From Candidatus Borrarchaeum weybense (GTDB lineage Archaea; Asgardarchaeota; Sifarchaeia; Borrarchaeales; Borrarchaeaceae): a stretch of 64,000 nucleotides of DNA. The stretch's first letter is position 1; each line of letters opens with the position of its first letter. A program made the translations under genes and the position numbers. Location of the stretch: positions 224,001 to 288,000 of the forward strand of contig JAHQJS010000007.1 in the NCBI GenBank assembly GCA_019057385.1. The letters are read 5' to 3'. Shown here piece after piece: positions 40,376-49,911 of this stretch. The notes beneath the pieces were generated by a model, which was given only the letters and a program-made list of their open reading frames with translations, did not search any database and was not told the origin of the DNA.

Positions 40376-42061
40376 ATGTCTACTATTAAATCACTTTTGG
40401 AAATGAAAAAAATCCTGATACTAGTGCTAGCCTTAGCAGTATACATCGTTATTCTAGTCTTTGTTATAGTGCCGTTGCAAGGTGGATTAATTCCTTCTTC
40501 TGTGATAAGAAGTGAAGACTTTCAAAACGCAGATCCTCAATATAGAGAAACACTACCTATACAAACAGTTGACTTAAGCTCTTCAGGACGTTCTATTTTC
40601 ATTGCAGTAGTCATGCTTTCCCATGTTCTTTACGCTAACTTACACCTTGGAGGTTCATGGGTAGCCATCGTTACAGCATCTCTTTATCTCAAAACAAAGG
40701 ATAAACGTTACGAGAACCTCGCAAAATCCCTCACCCTATTCAATGTAATCTTATTTAGCGCTGGTGCTACCTTTGCGATAGCAGGAGTGCTTTTCTTTAT
40801 ATCTTTATATCCAGTATTTGCCGCGCAGTTATTTCATATCTATTGGTGGCCCTTTTTTGTTGAAGCAATAACCTTCGCTTTGGAGATCTTCTTTCTATAT
40901 TCATTTTGGTTTACTTGGGGTAAAATCAACGTCAAATGGCATCAATTTTTAGGCTATGGTTATGCGATTGATGTTTTTATTCAGACATTTCTTATCAATA
41001 TGGTCGCTAGTGGAATGCTGACCCCAGGTGGCGCTTCGATCGTCTATAGCCAAACTGGACTTATGACTATTCCAATAAGCGAGGCGTGGGCATGGTGGCT
41101 CAATCCAACCACTTTACGACTCCAACTTCATCGATTAGCTGCCGCAGTTTCCTATTTTGGCTTTCTAGTGGCAATGTTGGGTACACTCCACTATGGCGAT
41201 CGGAAAGATGAAATCTCGAAAAAACACTGGGACTGGGTTACATCCTATGGGTTAGCGTGGGGCTTGCTCGGATTAGTTTTTCAACCAGCACTGGGACTAA
41301 TCTACATGATGGCCATCAGCGATGCACAGGACTCCGCCTTTCAGATGATCATGCATGGCCCGCGTGCCTGGGAAATGTTACTAATGGTTGCATTGTTTTC
41401 TGCCCTTGTCATTTCATCGCTTATTTACTTTTATGATCGCCGGGAGCGAATACTTACGAAAGTTGAAACACGCACATGGCATACATTATTCAAAATCTGC
41501 TTAATTGCTGCAGTAATATGTGCAATAATTCTTGTTCAACCTGCTTGGCTGGGAGCCACCTTCATTGACGATCCTAACGCTTGGGAGAACCCCTTAGGAA
41601 GCATGGACTTCAAATATCCTACACTATTTACTTTGATCATACTTGGAGTAATTGTTCTGACTATAGATACAGCCATATTGTCCGATCTACATGAAGCTGA
41701 GTGGGGACATCCGTCTAAAACTGCACGAACGGCAGCAATGCTTTCAGGAATATTTGCCTCATGGATTGTAGTAGTAATGGGGTATGTGCGTGAATCCGCT
41801 CGCTCACCGTGGACAATATATAACATAATCCCAGTGCCTCATTCATATCCAGACTATCCAACACCCATTCCTTTGCCGCAAATTTTCGTCGTTTGGGCCG
41901 TTGTTATATTTCTCGCGCTGACAGTCTTTTGGTACACCTCTAAGGTCACAGCGTATCACCCTGAGGAAGCTGAAAAGATAATTCCAAGACTTACAAAGAA
42001 AGAACGGAAGAAAATCGAAGAAAAATTTCCACCACCCCTGGAGGCAGTCGAGGAGACATAA
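40376..42061 (+). CDS. Cytochrome bd subunit I (CydA)-like protein, non-canonical
   Basis: SHV (heme His), E..FALEIFFLY..W, MLTP, LHRLAAA; GYVRESARSPW replaces GRQPW. No CydB next to it. Confidence 0.8.
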   Translation: MSTIKSLLEMKKILILVLALAVYIVILVFVIVPLQGGLIPSSVIRSEDFQNADPQYRETLPIQTVDLSSSGRSIFIAVVMLSHVLYANLHLGGSWVAIVTASLYLKTKDKRYENLAKSLTLFNVILFSAGATFAIAGVLFFISLYPVFAAQLFHIYWWPFFVEAITFALEIFFLYSFWFTWGKINVKWHQFLGYGYAIDVFIQTFLINMVASGMLTPGGASIVYSQTGLMTIPISEAWAWWLNPTTLRLQLHRLAAAVSYFGFLVAMLGTLHYGDRKDEISKKHWDWVTSYGLAWGLLGLVFQPALGLIYMMAISDAQDSAFQMIMHGPRAWEMLLMVALFSALVISSLIYFYDRRERILTKVETRTWHTLFKICLIAAVICAIILVQPAWLGATFIDDPNAWENPLGSMDFKYPTLFTLIILGVIVLTIDTAILSDLHEAEWGHPSKTARTAAMLSGIFASWIVVVMGYVRESARSPWTIYNIIPVPHSYPDYPTPIPLPQIFVVWAVVIFLALTVFWYTSKVTAYHPEEAEKIIPRLTKKERKKIEEKFPPPLEAVEET

Positions 42062-42747
42062 TGATATCTGATGTAAAAGTGACTGAGGAACAGATCTTTG
42101 TATATCTAGGGACTCAGACATTAAAATTCCCCAGATTGCATTTGCCAGAGGTTTTTTTGCACTGGCAGGCTGAAGCAAGGCTAAAGATGTTTGATATATT
42201 AGAAAATAAGGGCGCGGATGTCATAAAGACGCATCCCGCCCATCTTCCTGTTTTTGCTACACTGGGAACCAGTTCATTTCCAATCAACCTGACTGCTAAA
42301 GGGATAGGTCTCTTGCCGAAGCTAAAATATCTTGAAGAATTTACAACTCTTTTCAAGGACACCCAAGCCAATGCCGATGGGCAGTCATGGCACGATACGC
42401 TTTCACTAAGAGTGGAGGCTGTTAGAACCTTTTATAGTAATCTAGAGAATTTTGACCGCGGGATATTGGGCGGACTGGAGATTTTTGAAGGTCGTACGAC
42501 CCAAAATTTAAAAAACTATCCGCTGGCGTCGATTTTATATATCGGAGAAGCTCCCAAGTTCCCAAGTTACCAGTTCAATGGAGTGGTCGTTTTTGTAGAT
42601 TCTGAAAATCCATATTTTCGCTTTTTAAGAGCTGCTCGTGAATTATTCGCTTTTGATTCGTTTCATATTCCCCAAATTCGTTATCCTTATGGATTTCTCT
42701 TTCATGTGGTAGAAATTCTAGACAAAACTCCGTTTCCGAGGCGATAA
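42061..42747 (+). CDS. Hypothetical protein, possibly PNPOx-like split barrel
   Basis: Coupled to the CydA-like gene; TTQNLKNYPLASILY...SYQFNG pattern. Confidence 0.55.
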   Translation: MISDVKVTEEQIFVYLGTQTLKFPRLHLPEVFLHWQAEARLKMFDILENKGADVIKTHPAHLPVFATLGTSSFPINLTAKGIGLLPKLKYLEEFTTLFKDTQANADGQSWHDTLSLRVEAVRTFYSNLENFDRGILGGLEIFEGRTTQNLKNYPLASILYIGEAPKFPSYQFNGVVVFVDSENPYFRFLRAARELFAFDSFHIPQIRYPYGFLFHVVEILDKTPFPRR

Positions 42748-42748
42748 A

Positions 42749-44176
42749 ATGTATAAGCGTATCCTTGTGGCCCTAGATGGCTCAATATGTTCAAATATTG
42801 CTTTAAAAACAGCGCTAGCACTTGCTGAACGAGGAAATCAAACACATCTCATCGGCTGTCATGTCTACGCCGCTCGCATGCATCGAACTCGCTTTGAGGA
42901 AATGGAGCCTGGGTTGCCAGAGTCTTATCAGGAAGAAGAACGTTTAAATTACCTACGCCATGCTCACGATGATATTATTGGAACAGGGATGAAACTCATC
43001 TCCGATGCATACTTAGCCCCTCTGATCCAGAAAGCCGAAGAAAAAGGATTGACTTACGAAGGCGTAACTCCTGAAGGACGCAACTATGTGGAACTTCTTC
43101 GCGTAATACAAGAGCATAATGCCGATCTTGTTGTGATGGGAGCCTGGGGACATGGACATGTTCCAGAGGGACTCATAGGAAGCTTAACCGAGCGCATCTT
43201 ATTTCTAGCCCCCAATAGTGATATATTAGTAATGAAAAAATCTTTGAATTTCGAAAAGTACCCTATTGTGGTAGGAATTGATGGGAGTGAAAACAGTTAT
43301 GCAGCCATGAAAAAAGCAGTTTCTATCGCTCGTGCATTTGGTTCTAATGTGGAAGCTGTGGCGGTCTATGATCCTTTCTTTCATACAGGGGTCTTTCAGA
43401 CGATCACTGAAGCCTTACCAGATGAAGCAAGGCAACGCTTCAATTTTGCTGCTCAGGAAAGGCTTCATGATGAAATCATAGATCAAGGGCTAGAGAATCT
43501 TTATCGAGAGGGGTTGGAACGAAGTGTCTTAATGGCACAATCAATGGGAATAGAAGTCCACCCAAATGTATTAGCAGGAAAGGTATATTCTCAACTTTAT
43601 CATTACGCTACACTAAGGGGAGCAGGGTTGATAGTGATGGGACGGTGGGGATTGCATCGAGAAAAAGATTCGATTATCGGATCCAATACTTTGAATATTA
43701 CCAGATTGAGCACTACAAATGTGTTGGTGGTGACTCCTCCAACGGAACCATTAGAGGTGCCTAAACTTTCCCAAGAAGCGCAGAATGTCGCATTACCTTG
43801 GACGCCAGAAGCGGAACTTATGATGGAACGCGTTCCAATTTTTGCGCGCGAAATGGCACGTCGAGTAATTGAGGATCAAGCTCGGGAAAGAGATCTTTCA
43901 GAGGTCACTCCTGATATAGTTCAAGAAATTGCTCAACGCTTAGGAATGAAAAAGGGACGACACGACAAAGAAGTGGCTGATGCTCCAGAAGCTCAAATGG
44001 TGAGTTTCCGCAAGATCAAAAGACTTGCTCCCGACTTTCATCGCCATATTCTTCGTAGCAAATTAATAGGACAAACGGTGCGGACAGGTGAGCGTATCTT
44101 GGTCTATGAAGTTCTAGAGACGGATCCGCCGGGTCTGGTTAGGGTTACGGAAAAAACCCGTCTGGAGTTTCGATGA
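42749..44176 (+). CDS. Tandem universal stress protein with PCP_red-like and CDC48-domain-2-like C-terminal domains
   Basis: Two USP domains (ILVALDGS; IVVGIDGS; G..G...GS), WTPEAELMMERVPIFAREMARRVIE, and a C-terminal beta domain. Confidence 0.85.
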   Translation: MYKRILVALDGSICSNIALKTALALAERGNQTHLIGCHVYAARMHRTRFEEMEPGLPESYQEEERLNYLRHAHDDIIGTGMKLISDAYLAPLIQKAEEKGLTYEGVTPEGRNYVELLRVIQEHNADLVVMGAWGHGHVPEGLIGSLTERILFLAPNSDILVMKKSLNFEKYPIVVGIDGSENSYAAMKKAVSIARAFGSNVEAVAVYDPFFHTGVFQTITEALPDEARQRFNFAAQERLHDEIIDQGLENLYREGLERSVLMAQSMGIEVHPNVLAGKVYSQLYHYATLRGAGLIVMGRWGLHREKDSIIGSNTLNITRLSTTNVLVVTPPTEPLEVPKLSQEAQNVALPWTPEAELMMERVPIFAREMARRVIEDQARERDLSEVTPDIVQEIAQRLGMKKGRHDKEVADAPEAQMVSFRKIKRLAPDFHRHILRSKLIGQTVRTGERILVYEVLETDPPGLVRVTEKTRLEFR

Positions 44177-45129
44177 TGGTAGAAACGCAAGCGACCGTGA
44201 TCATAGAAGAAGTATGGAAATATTACGGAAAAATTAAGGCTCTTGAAAATGTTAACTTGAGAATTCAGAAGGGTGAGATCTTCTTTCTGCTGGGACCGAA
44301 TGGTTCTGGGAAGTCTACTTTGCTCAGAATATTGAGCACTATCTTCTCTCCTGATAAGGGTCGATTTTCTCTCTTTGGTCTTGATGGGATAAGAGACCGG
44401 ACAGTCATCCGCAAACAGATAGGAATTCTTTCAGAGCATAGTAGTCACTGGGATAGACTTACTGGTTATGAAAATGCTTGGTTTTTTGCTAGTTATTACA
44501 ATATCCCTCAAAAAATGATAAAAAATCGTTTAAACGATCTTTTTCGTAGGTTTGGGCTATGGGAAAAACGAAATGATGCAGTTGTCACCTATTCTTATGG
44601 AATGCGACGCAAACTATCTATTATAGAGGCTTTTGTTCATCAACCAAAGCTTTTATTGCTTGATGAGCCCTCCATGGGCCTCGATTACGTTTCCAGATTG
44701 AAGTTGTTTGATCTTATGGAACAGGAAGCACTTAAAGGAACAACAATAATTGTAGCCACAAATGATGTAAATGAAGCATCCCAAATGGCTAAAAGGGTTG
44801 CTCTTCTCCGACAAGGAACAGTAGTGATTACAGACGAACCAATGGAATTAGTTAAATCGCTGAAAGCTCTAACTCGGATAACACTTTGGGTAGCTTCCCC
44901 CATTCCTTTAACTTCACTTCAGGCTATTAATGGAGTAGAAGGGGTAGCAGCAAATAAGGAAGCAGAAAATAGCTTTCAAATAGTTTTCCTCGTACGCGAT
45001 GGACGTAAAATCCTGCCACATATTGTAAATGAAGTAGTGAAAGAGAATGGAGCAATTTTAGGTATGGATGTGAATGAGCCGAACCTAGGTGATGTCTTTC
45101 TTAAACTAACCAGAGAGGAGATCCACTAA
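44173..45129 (+). CDS. ABC transporter ATP-binding protein (DrrA-like)
   Basis: GPNGSGKS, YSYGMRR, LLLDEP. Confidence 0.93.
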   Translation: MMVETQATVIIEEVWKYYGKIKALENVNLRIQKGEIFFLLGPNGSGKSTLLRILSTIFSPDKGRFSLFGLDGIRDRTVIRKQIGILSEHSSHWDRLTGYENAWFFASYYNIPQKMIKNRLNDLFRRFGLWEKRNDAVVTYSYGMRRKLSIIEAFVHQPKLLLLDEPSMGLDYVSRLKLFDLMEQEALKGTTIIVATNDVNEASQMAKRVALLRQGTVVITDEPMELVKSLKALTRITLWVASPIPLTSLQAINGVEGVAANKEAENSFQIVFLVRDGRKILPHIVNEVVKENGAILGMDVNEPNLGDVFLKLTREEIH

Positions 45130-45824
45130 TGCTCCCAAGTCGTTATTGGCAAAAGGAATTCTTAGAAGAGATAAAAAGTAAAAGAACTCTAACGATGAAA
45201 TTTCTACTGCCACTGCTTCTCCTGAGTCCTCTTGCCATATTTTCGATTCCTTACAATATTAAAGCGGGAGGTTTTACTGCGGCAGTGCTTTTCATAGGAG
45301 TGTTCGGTTCGGCGGTAAAATTAGTACGCCTAAGAGAGAACAGAATGTTAGAACGACTAGCAGTGCTTCCTATACCTTCTGCATATATAGTTTGTGAATA
45401 TATTTTAATCAATTCATTTTTCGACGGTCTTCAACTTCTTGCCCCATTATTAATAATCTATGGACTTGAGCATTCCCAGCCGATTGCCTTATTATGGATT
45501 TTCGCCTGCTATATCGCTGCTCTTTTAACCGCTAATGCTTTAGGTGTATTAGTTACTCTAATATCGGGTACTTCAGGAGAAGTACACCTTTTTGCATTTC
45601 TGACTGTTTTGGTGGTGGGAGGACTTTCAGGTCTATTTATGATACTTTTACCCAGCCCGTTGAGGGAGATTGGATTTATAATGCCTTTCCGGCATTTATT
45701 CGATGCCTTGCTCTATGGATGGGGATTTTCTCTACCTCAAGTTCCATTTCTTGGGCCGCTTATGGGAATAGCGTGGCTAGTTGGAACTTTAACTCTTTCT
45801 TCACGTCTATTCCGCTTTAAATAG
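45129..45824 (+). CDS. ABC-2 type permease
   Basis: About 6 TM, RENRMLERLAVLP; coupled to the ATPase gene. Confidence 0.85.
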   Translation: MLPSRYWQKEFLEEIKSKRTLTMKFLLPLLLLSPLAIFSIPYNIKAGGFTAAVLFIGVFGSAVKLVRLRENRMLERLAVLPIPSAYIVCEYILINSFFDGLQLLAPLLIIYGLEHSQPIALLWIFACYIAALLTANALGVLVTLISGTSGEVHLFAFLTVLVVGGLSGLFMILLPSPLREIGFIMPFRHLFDALLYGWGFSLPQVPFLGPLMGIAWLVGTLTLSSRLFRFK

Positions 45825-45978
45825 ACTAAAAACGGGATTTACTTGTCAACTAAGTTATAAATCACACAGGATCAACAGTGAAATGGACAGCATAGTATTG
45901 ATGATGATATAAAAATGATGATTTTTATTTTTCAGTCAATATATAAGCGCGTCAATTACTTTTGAGATAGATCTACGT

Positions 45979-46002
45979 TGTTACTGTTAGATAACACACA
46001 CA
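45979..46002 (+). promoter_or_regulatory. Palindromic operator copy 9 (TGTTACTG TTAGATAA CACACACA)
   Basis: Upstream of the zinc-finger gene; followed by CATTCATATAAA. Confidence 0.75.
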
Positions 46003-46063
46003 CATTCATATAAATTGTAAGAATTCTAAATATTAACAAAAAATACAAAGAGAAGGTGAAAAA

Positions 46064-46432
46064 ATGTCTAAATGGAATGAATATGTTGATTACGGCCAGT
46101 GTCCTACATGTGGCATGAAATACAAGCATAAGAAAGAACTTCTAGAAAAGTTTAAAGAACATCATGGTATGCCAGGGTTCATTGAAGTGGTGGAGAAACA
46201 CATGGATGACTATGGTACATGTCCTACATGTCAACTCGAATATAAATCGAAAGAAGAACTGAAAAAACACATAGAAGAGCATCATGGTTTACCAGGTTAC
46301 ATAGACGTAATGGTTAGCAAGCTAGATGAATCTGGCAAATGCCCGACATGCGGACTTGAATACAAGAGCAAAGCGGAACTTGAGAAAACCATAAAACAAC
46401 ATCGTGGTATGCCAGGACCAGGTGCTGTTTAA
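46064..46432 (+). CDS. Triple-repeat C2H2-like zinc finger protein
   Basis: Three 40-aa repeats CPTCxxxYKxKxEL...H(H/R)GxPG; AGGTGA upstream. Confidence 0.8.
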   Translation: MSKWNEYVDYGQCPTCGMKYKHKKELLEKFKEHHGMPGFIEVVEKHMDDYGTCPTCQLEYKSKEELKKHIEEHHGLPGYIDVMVSKLDESGKCPTCGLEYKSKAELEKTIKQHRGMPGPGAV

Positions 46433-46538
46433 AACATTAAGAACCACAGTTGTAACGAAACATAAGTAAAATTAGAAGTGTTCTTGCCACAATATACACT
46501 CCTGGCATCTATCTTTTTCTAGATTACAGTATACTTTG

Positions 46539-46742
46539 GTGATCTACCTCATGCGAAAGCCTCAAGGCTTCCTGCTTCTCCGACAGACTCGATCCCCTTG
46601 CAGATTACGGAGGTCTTATCTCCACAGGCTTACCATCCCTACGCCCCGTAGATACTCATAGGCTCTATGAGCAACACAATATATAACCCCAACGCAATTC
46701 ATCACCACGCTGAAGCGGTGGTACTTTCTTGCTTAGCTACCC
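46539..46742 (-). mobile_element. Non-autonomous IS200/IS605 mini-element, family B copy 2
   Basis: Target TTAC, AAAG + left-end hairpin, TTATATA box, reRNA-like scaffold, GAAG + right-end hairpin ending TCAC. Confidence 0.85.
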
Positions 46743-47229
46743 GTAATAGTTAAACTCTAAAAAACAAATAATTAGCCTTGTTTAAGCCTACCGATAGCAA
46801 TTGCCTAAGACTATTTTTTCTTGGGTTTCCCACGTAAAAAAAAATCGTTCTTGATGGTTTACCATTCCAACGTTATTAAACCTGCATTTCAAGCATTGTT
46901 TTCATCCTCTTCCTTACTGATAACTTCGGCGAGTTCGGGGACACGTATTAATTTAATTTATAGCGAGTTCTAATCTTGCCTGATGGACTTCTCTTATTAA
47001 AAGAATTTCCTTATATTTTTATCGATGTTTACATGGACTAAAATGAGTGATTTTCTTAAAAAGTCAACTAGTGTGTTTAAACATAGGTTTTATGAGCATT
47101 TAATCCTCTACAGGATCATCACAATAAACTTCACGCCTTTTCGATATCAACTTATATTTTATATGGAGGTGAAATAGCAAGCTTTATATATTGTTAACTC
47201 TACATTACTATTGATAACTCTACATATTT

Positions 47230-47463
47230 ATGGAGGTAAATAATATGGAAATTAAAGACTGGGAAAATGACATCAAAGAATTAACAGTCCTTGGTAAAGA
47301 ACTTTTTGGGAAGACACAAGTTCTTATCACAAAAATTGCAAAAGTAATGCAGGAAGATGCAATGAAACGACTAAATGAATTCAAAGATAATTTTGACAAA
47401 ACGATGGGAATCATGCTTAAGCATGGGTACAGAGTTCCTGCTGAAGAAGTTCCTATTACCTAA
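47230..47463 (+). CDS. Small hypothetical protein
   Basis: GGAGGT precedes an internal ATG near 47245. Confidence 0.55.
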   Translation: MEVNNMEIKDWENDIKELTVLGKELFGKTQVLITKIAKVMQEDAMKRLNEFKDNFDKTMGIMLKHGYRVPAEEVPIT

Positions 47464-47482
47464 AATAGTTTGTCTGTTGTGG

Positions 47483-48190
47483 TCATTCTTTATTTCTTGA
47501 GGAATTATGTTCTCGTCTTTCCAAAAATTTTTTTATCTTTTTTCTTTCATTATTTATTATTTCTTGCATAGGAATTATATTAGGAGTACGTATTACTTCT
47601 TCAATTTTTTCTTCTAAACCTAAAATTCTCTCTTCAACTACCTCTAATGTTTCCTCTTTGTAGTTTACCAGTATCTGTTTCAGGTTTTCATCTGTTATTG
47701 TATCTGCCAAATCTTCTTTCGAGATATCCCATCTTTTACATAGTTCTTCTATTGCGTAAGATGCTGTACGCCTTACTTCAAACACTTCATCTTGTAAAGC
47801 TACGATAAGTTGATTTAAACCTGCTTTATCAGCGATTTTTCCGAGTGCTTCCGCAGCTCTTCTTCTTATGCTTATCTTTTTGTGTCTTAATGCATTTTTT
47901 ATTACTGGAATGGCTCTTGAGTCACTAATTTCACCAAGCGCTTCGATCACTGTCTTATGAATCCAATTTCTTTCGTTTTCACTTAGTAATTCAATCAGAG
48001 GATAAACCGCTCGTCTATCCTTCAGAATGCCTAAAATTTTAATAACATTTTCTTTAACTCTCCAATTTTCGTGTCGAAGCGCCTTAAGTAAATGATAAAA
48101 TTTTCCATGCTCCTCCAGTATTAGATTCGCAATAAGCCCATTGTACGTTGATTCTTCGAGTAATTCAAAAATTGCTATTCTGGGTCTCCC
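47483..48190 (-). pseudogene. HEAT (PBS-lyase-like) repeat protein, 5' truncated or frameshifted
   Basis: HEAT repeats (LKALRHENWRVKENVIKILG; IRRRAAEALG) continue in frame upstream of the GTG at 47950 to about 48190 with no ATG/GTG/TTG start. Confidence 0.6.
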
Positions 48191-48273
48191 CTAATATTCT
48201 AAAACTTTTAGCTATTCCTCTTGATCCCTATAATTTAACGAGTAAAAGTAAATAAAAAGGTTTTTTGAATTGA

Positions 48274-49365
48274 TCAAAAAGTCGTGTTGAGTTGATCAAA
48301 AAATGTACTGTCTATTTTCCTAACAGCTGCAATTAGAAGTCGGGTCGCACTTTGCAAATCGTTAAGATTTGTGACTTCTGAAGGAGAATGGCCATACCTT
48401 CTAGGGATCAGTAAAGATCCTGTCGAGATGCCTGCTCGTGCTAAATGAATTGTCGAAGCATTAGTCCATGTAAAAGCTGAAACATCAATTTGATATGGTA
48501 TTTGGTTTTCGTTCGCTGCATTCACTAAGAGATCACGCATTACTTTGGGAGTCATAATGCCGGTAAACCCAGTTTTCAAACGATCCATAAATCTAATAGC
48601 AGCTCCTTTTCCAAGTTCAGTGGGTGCTCCTTTTTTTCGCGTAAGAGTGGCATCTGTTGCGTGTGTTGTGTCGAGCATCAAAGCAGCCTGAGGGTTAATT
48701 GCATAGGCTGCAGTTTTTGCCCCTCTTGCCCCTATTTCCTCTTGAGATGATCCAACTGCATAAATGGAGAAATCAAATTGATCTTTTGATAATTCTTTCA
48801 TTGCTTCAATCAAAGCAAAACAGCCGACTCGGTCATCAACTGCTTTTGCACATATATATCCATTCCCAAGATCGCAAAAACATCTATTAAAGGTAATTGG
48901 TGCCCCTACGTCTATTCCTTTTTCTTGTACTTCTTCTCGCGATGATACTCCTACATCTATCCACATTTCCGATGCGGGAATCGTTTTTTGAGCTTCTTCT
49001 TTAGACACTAGATGTGCTGATTTTATGCCTATGACACCACGAACCTTTGTTGTCTCTCCATGGACTTTCACCCATTGGCTAAGAAGTATTCGGTCATCTA
49101 TCCAGCCATGTTTATCAAAGTAAATAAATCCTTCATCGTCGATATAGCGAACCATAAGAGCGATCTCGTCCGTATGGGCATCAATCATTAAGCGGGCGTG
49201 ATCATCTCTCCCCTCCTTCTTAAAGATCACGTTCCCTAACACGTCCACTTCAATTGAGTCGACATAATCCTTTAACTCTTCGATCATGATAACTCTGACT
49301 TCTTCCTCAAAGCCGGGAGGCGCATCAGCGTCCACTAAACGTTTTAAGAGGTCAAGATTTTTCAT
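48274..49365 (-). CDS. M42 aminopeptidase (TET-like)
   Basis: PGFEEEV, DAHTDE, DDRVG, QEEIGARGA, RYGHSPSE. Confidence 0.92.
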   Translation of the reverse strand: MKNLDLLKRLVDADAPPGFEEEVRVIMIEELKDYVDSIEVDVLGNVIFKKEGRDDHARLMIDAHTDEIALMVRYIDDEGFIYFDKHGWIDDRILLSQWVKVHGETTKVRGVIGIKSAHLVSKEEAQKTIPASEMWIDVGVSSREEVQEKGIDVGAPITFNRCFCDLGNGYICAKAVDDRVGCFALIEAMKELSKDQFDFSIYAVGSSQEEIGARGAKTAAYAINPQAALMLDTTHATDATLTRKKGAPTELGKGAAIRFMDRLKTGFTGIMTPKVMRDLLVNAANENQIPYQIDVSAFTWTNASTIHLARAGISTGSLLIPRRYGHSPSEVTNLNDLQSATRLLIAAVRKIDSTFFDQLNTTF

Positions 49366-49453
49366 TTTTATTCACTTGTATTGCTTTTCAATGTCATTTA
49401 ATGAAACTATATGAGTGAGTGGCTTACATATAAGTCAAACTGAGGGAATAATT

Positions 49454-49663
49454 ATGACTAATAAACTGTTTAAAATCATTGAACTTGTTGGCTATTCGAC
49501 AACTGGTTGGGAAGATGCGGTTCAAAACGCAGTAACGGAAGCAAAAAAAACTATTCGGAACATCGTTCGTGTTTCATGCGAGGAATTCGATGTCAAGATG
49601 GAAAATGACAATATAGTTGCTTATCGAGCTAGAATAAAGCTTATATTTGAAATTGAACGATAA
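49454..49663 (+). CDS. Dodecin
   Basis: KIIELVGYSTTGWEDAVQNAV..A.KTIRN. Confidence 0.88.
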   Translation: MTNKLFKIIELVGYSTTGWEDAVQNAVTEAKKTIRNIVRVSCEEFDVKMENDNIVAYRARIKLIFEIER

Positions 49664-49911
49664 CGGCGAAACTAAGCATAGTTGCAGTATTTTATTTTTT
49701 TTTGTACAGTAGATCACCAAACATTTTTTTTAAATCTTCTTGAAAATAACATTTTGATTTATCTCGTGTTTTATGAATGCTTTATCAACCATAATTTCTA
49801 ATTTTACGAAAAAATCTTCAATAAGATTGATAAAATACTTATTTGGCTCGGTGTAAATCTAATAAAGCCTTGATCTAAATAGTCTTTCAGTATTTATGTT
49901 TTAATTAAAGG

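Noticed and set aside
16646-46002. CRISPR interpretation of the 24-bp palindromes
   Set aside because: Copies are dispersed singly in promoters, not regularly spaced, and there are no cas genes.
46750-47200. Possible decayed gene in a long intergenic gap (similarly 50160-50800)
   Set aside because: No recognisable protein motif by eye.
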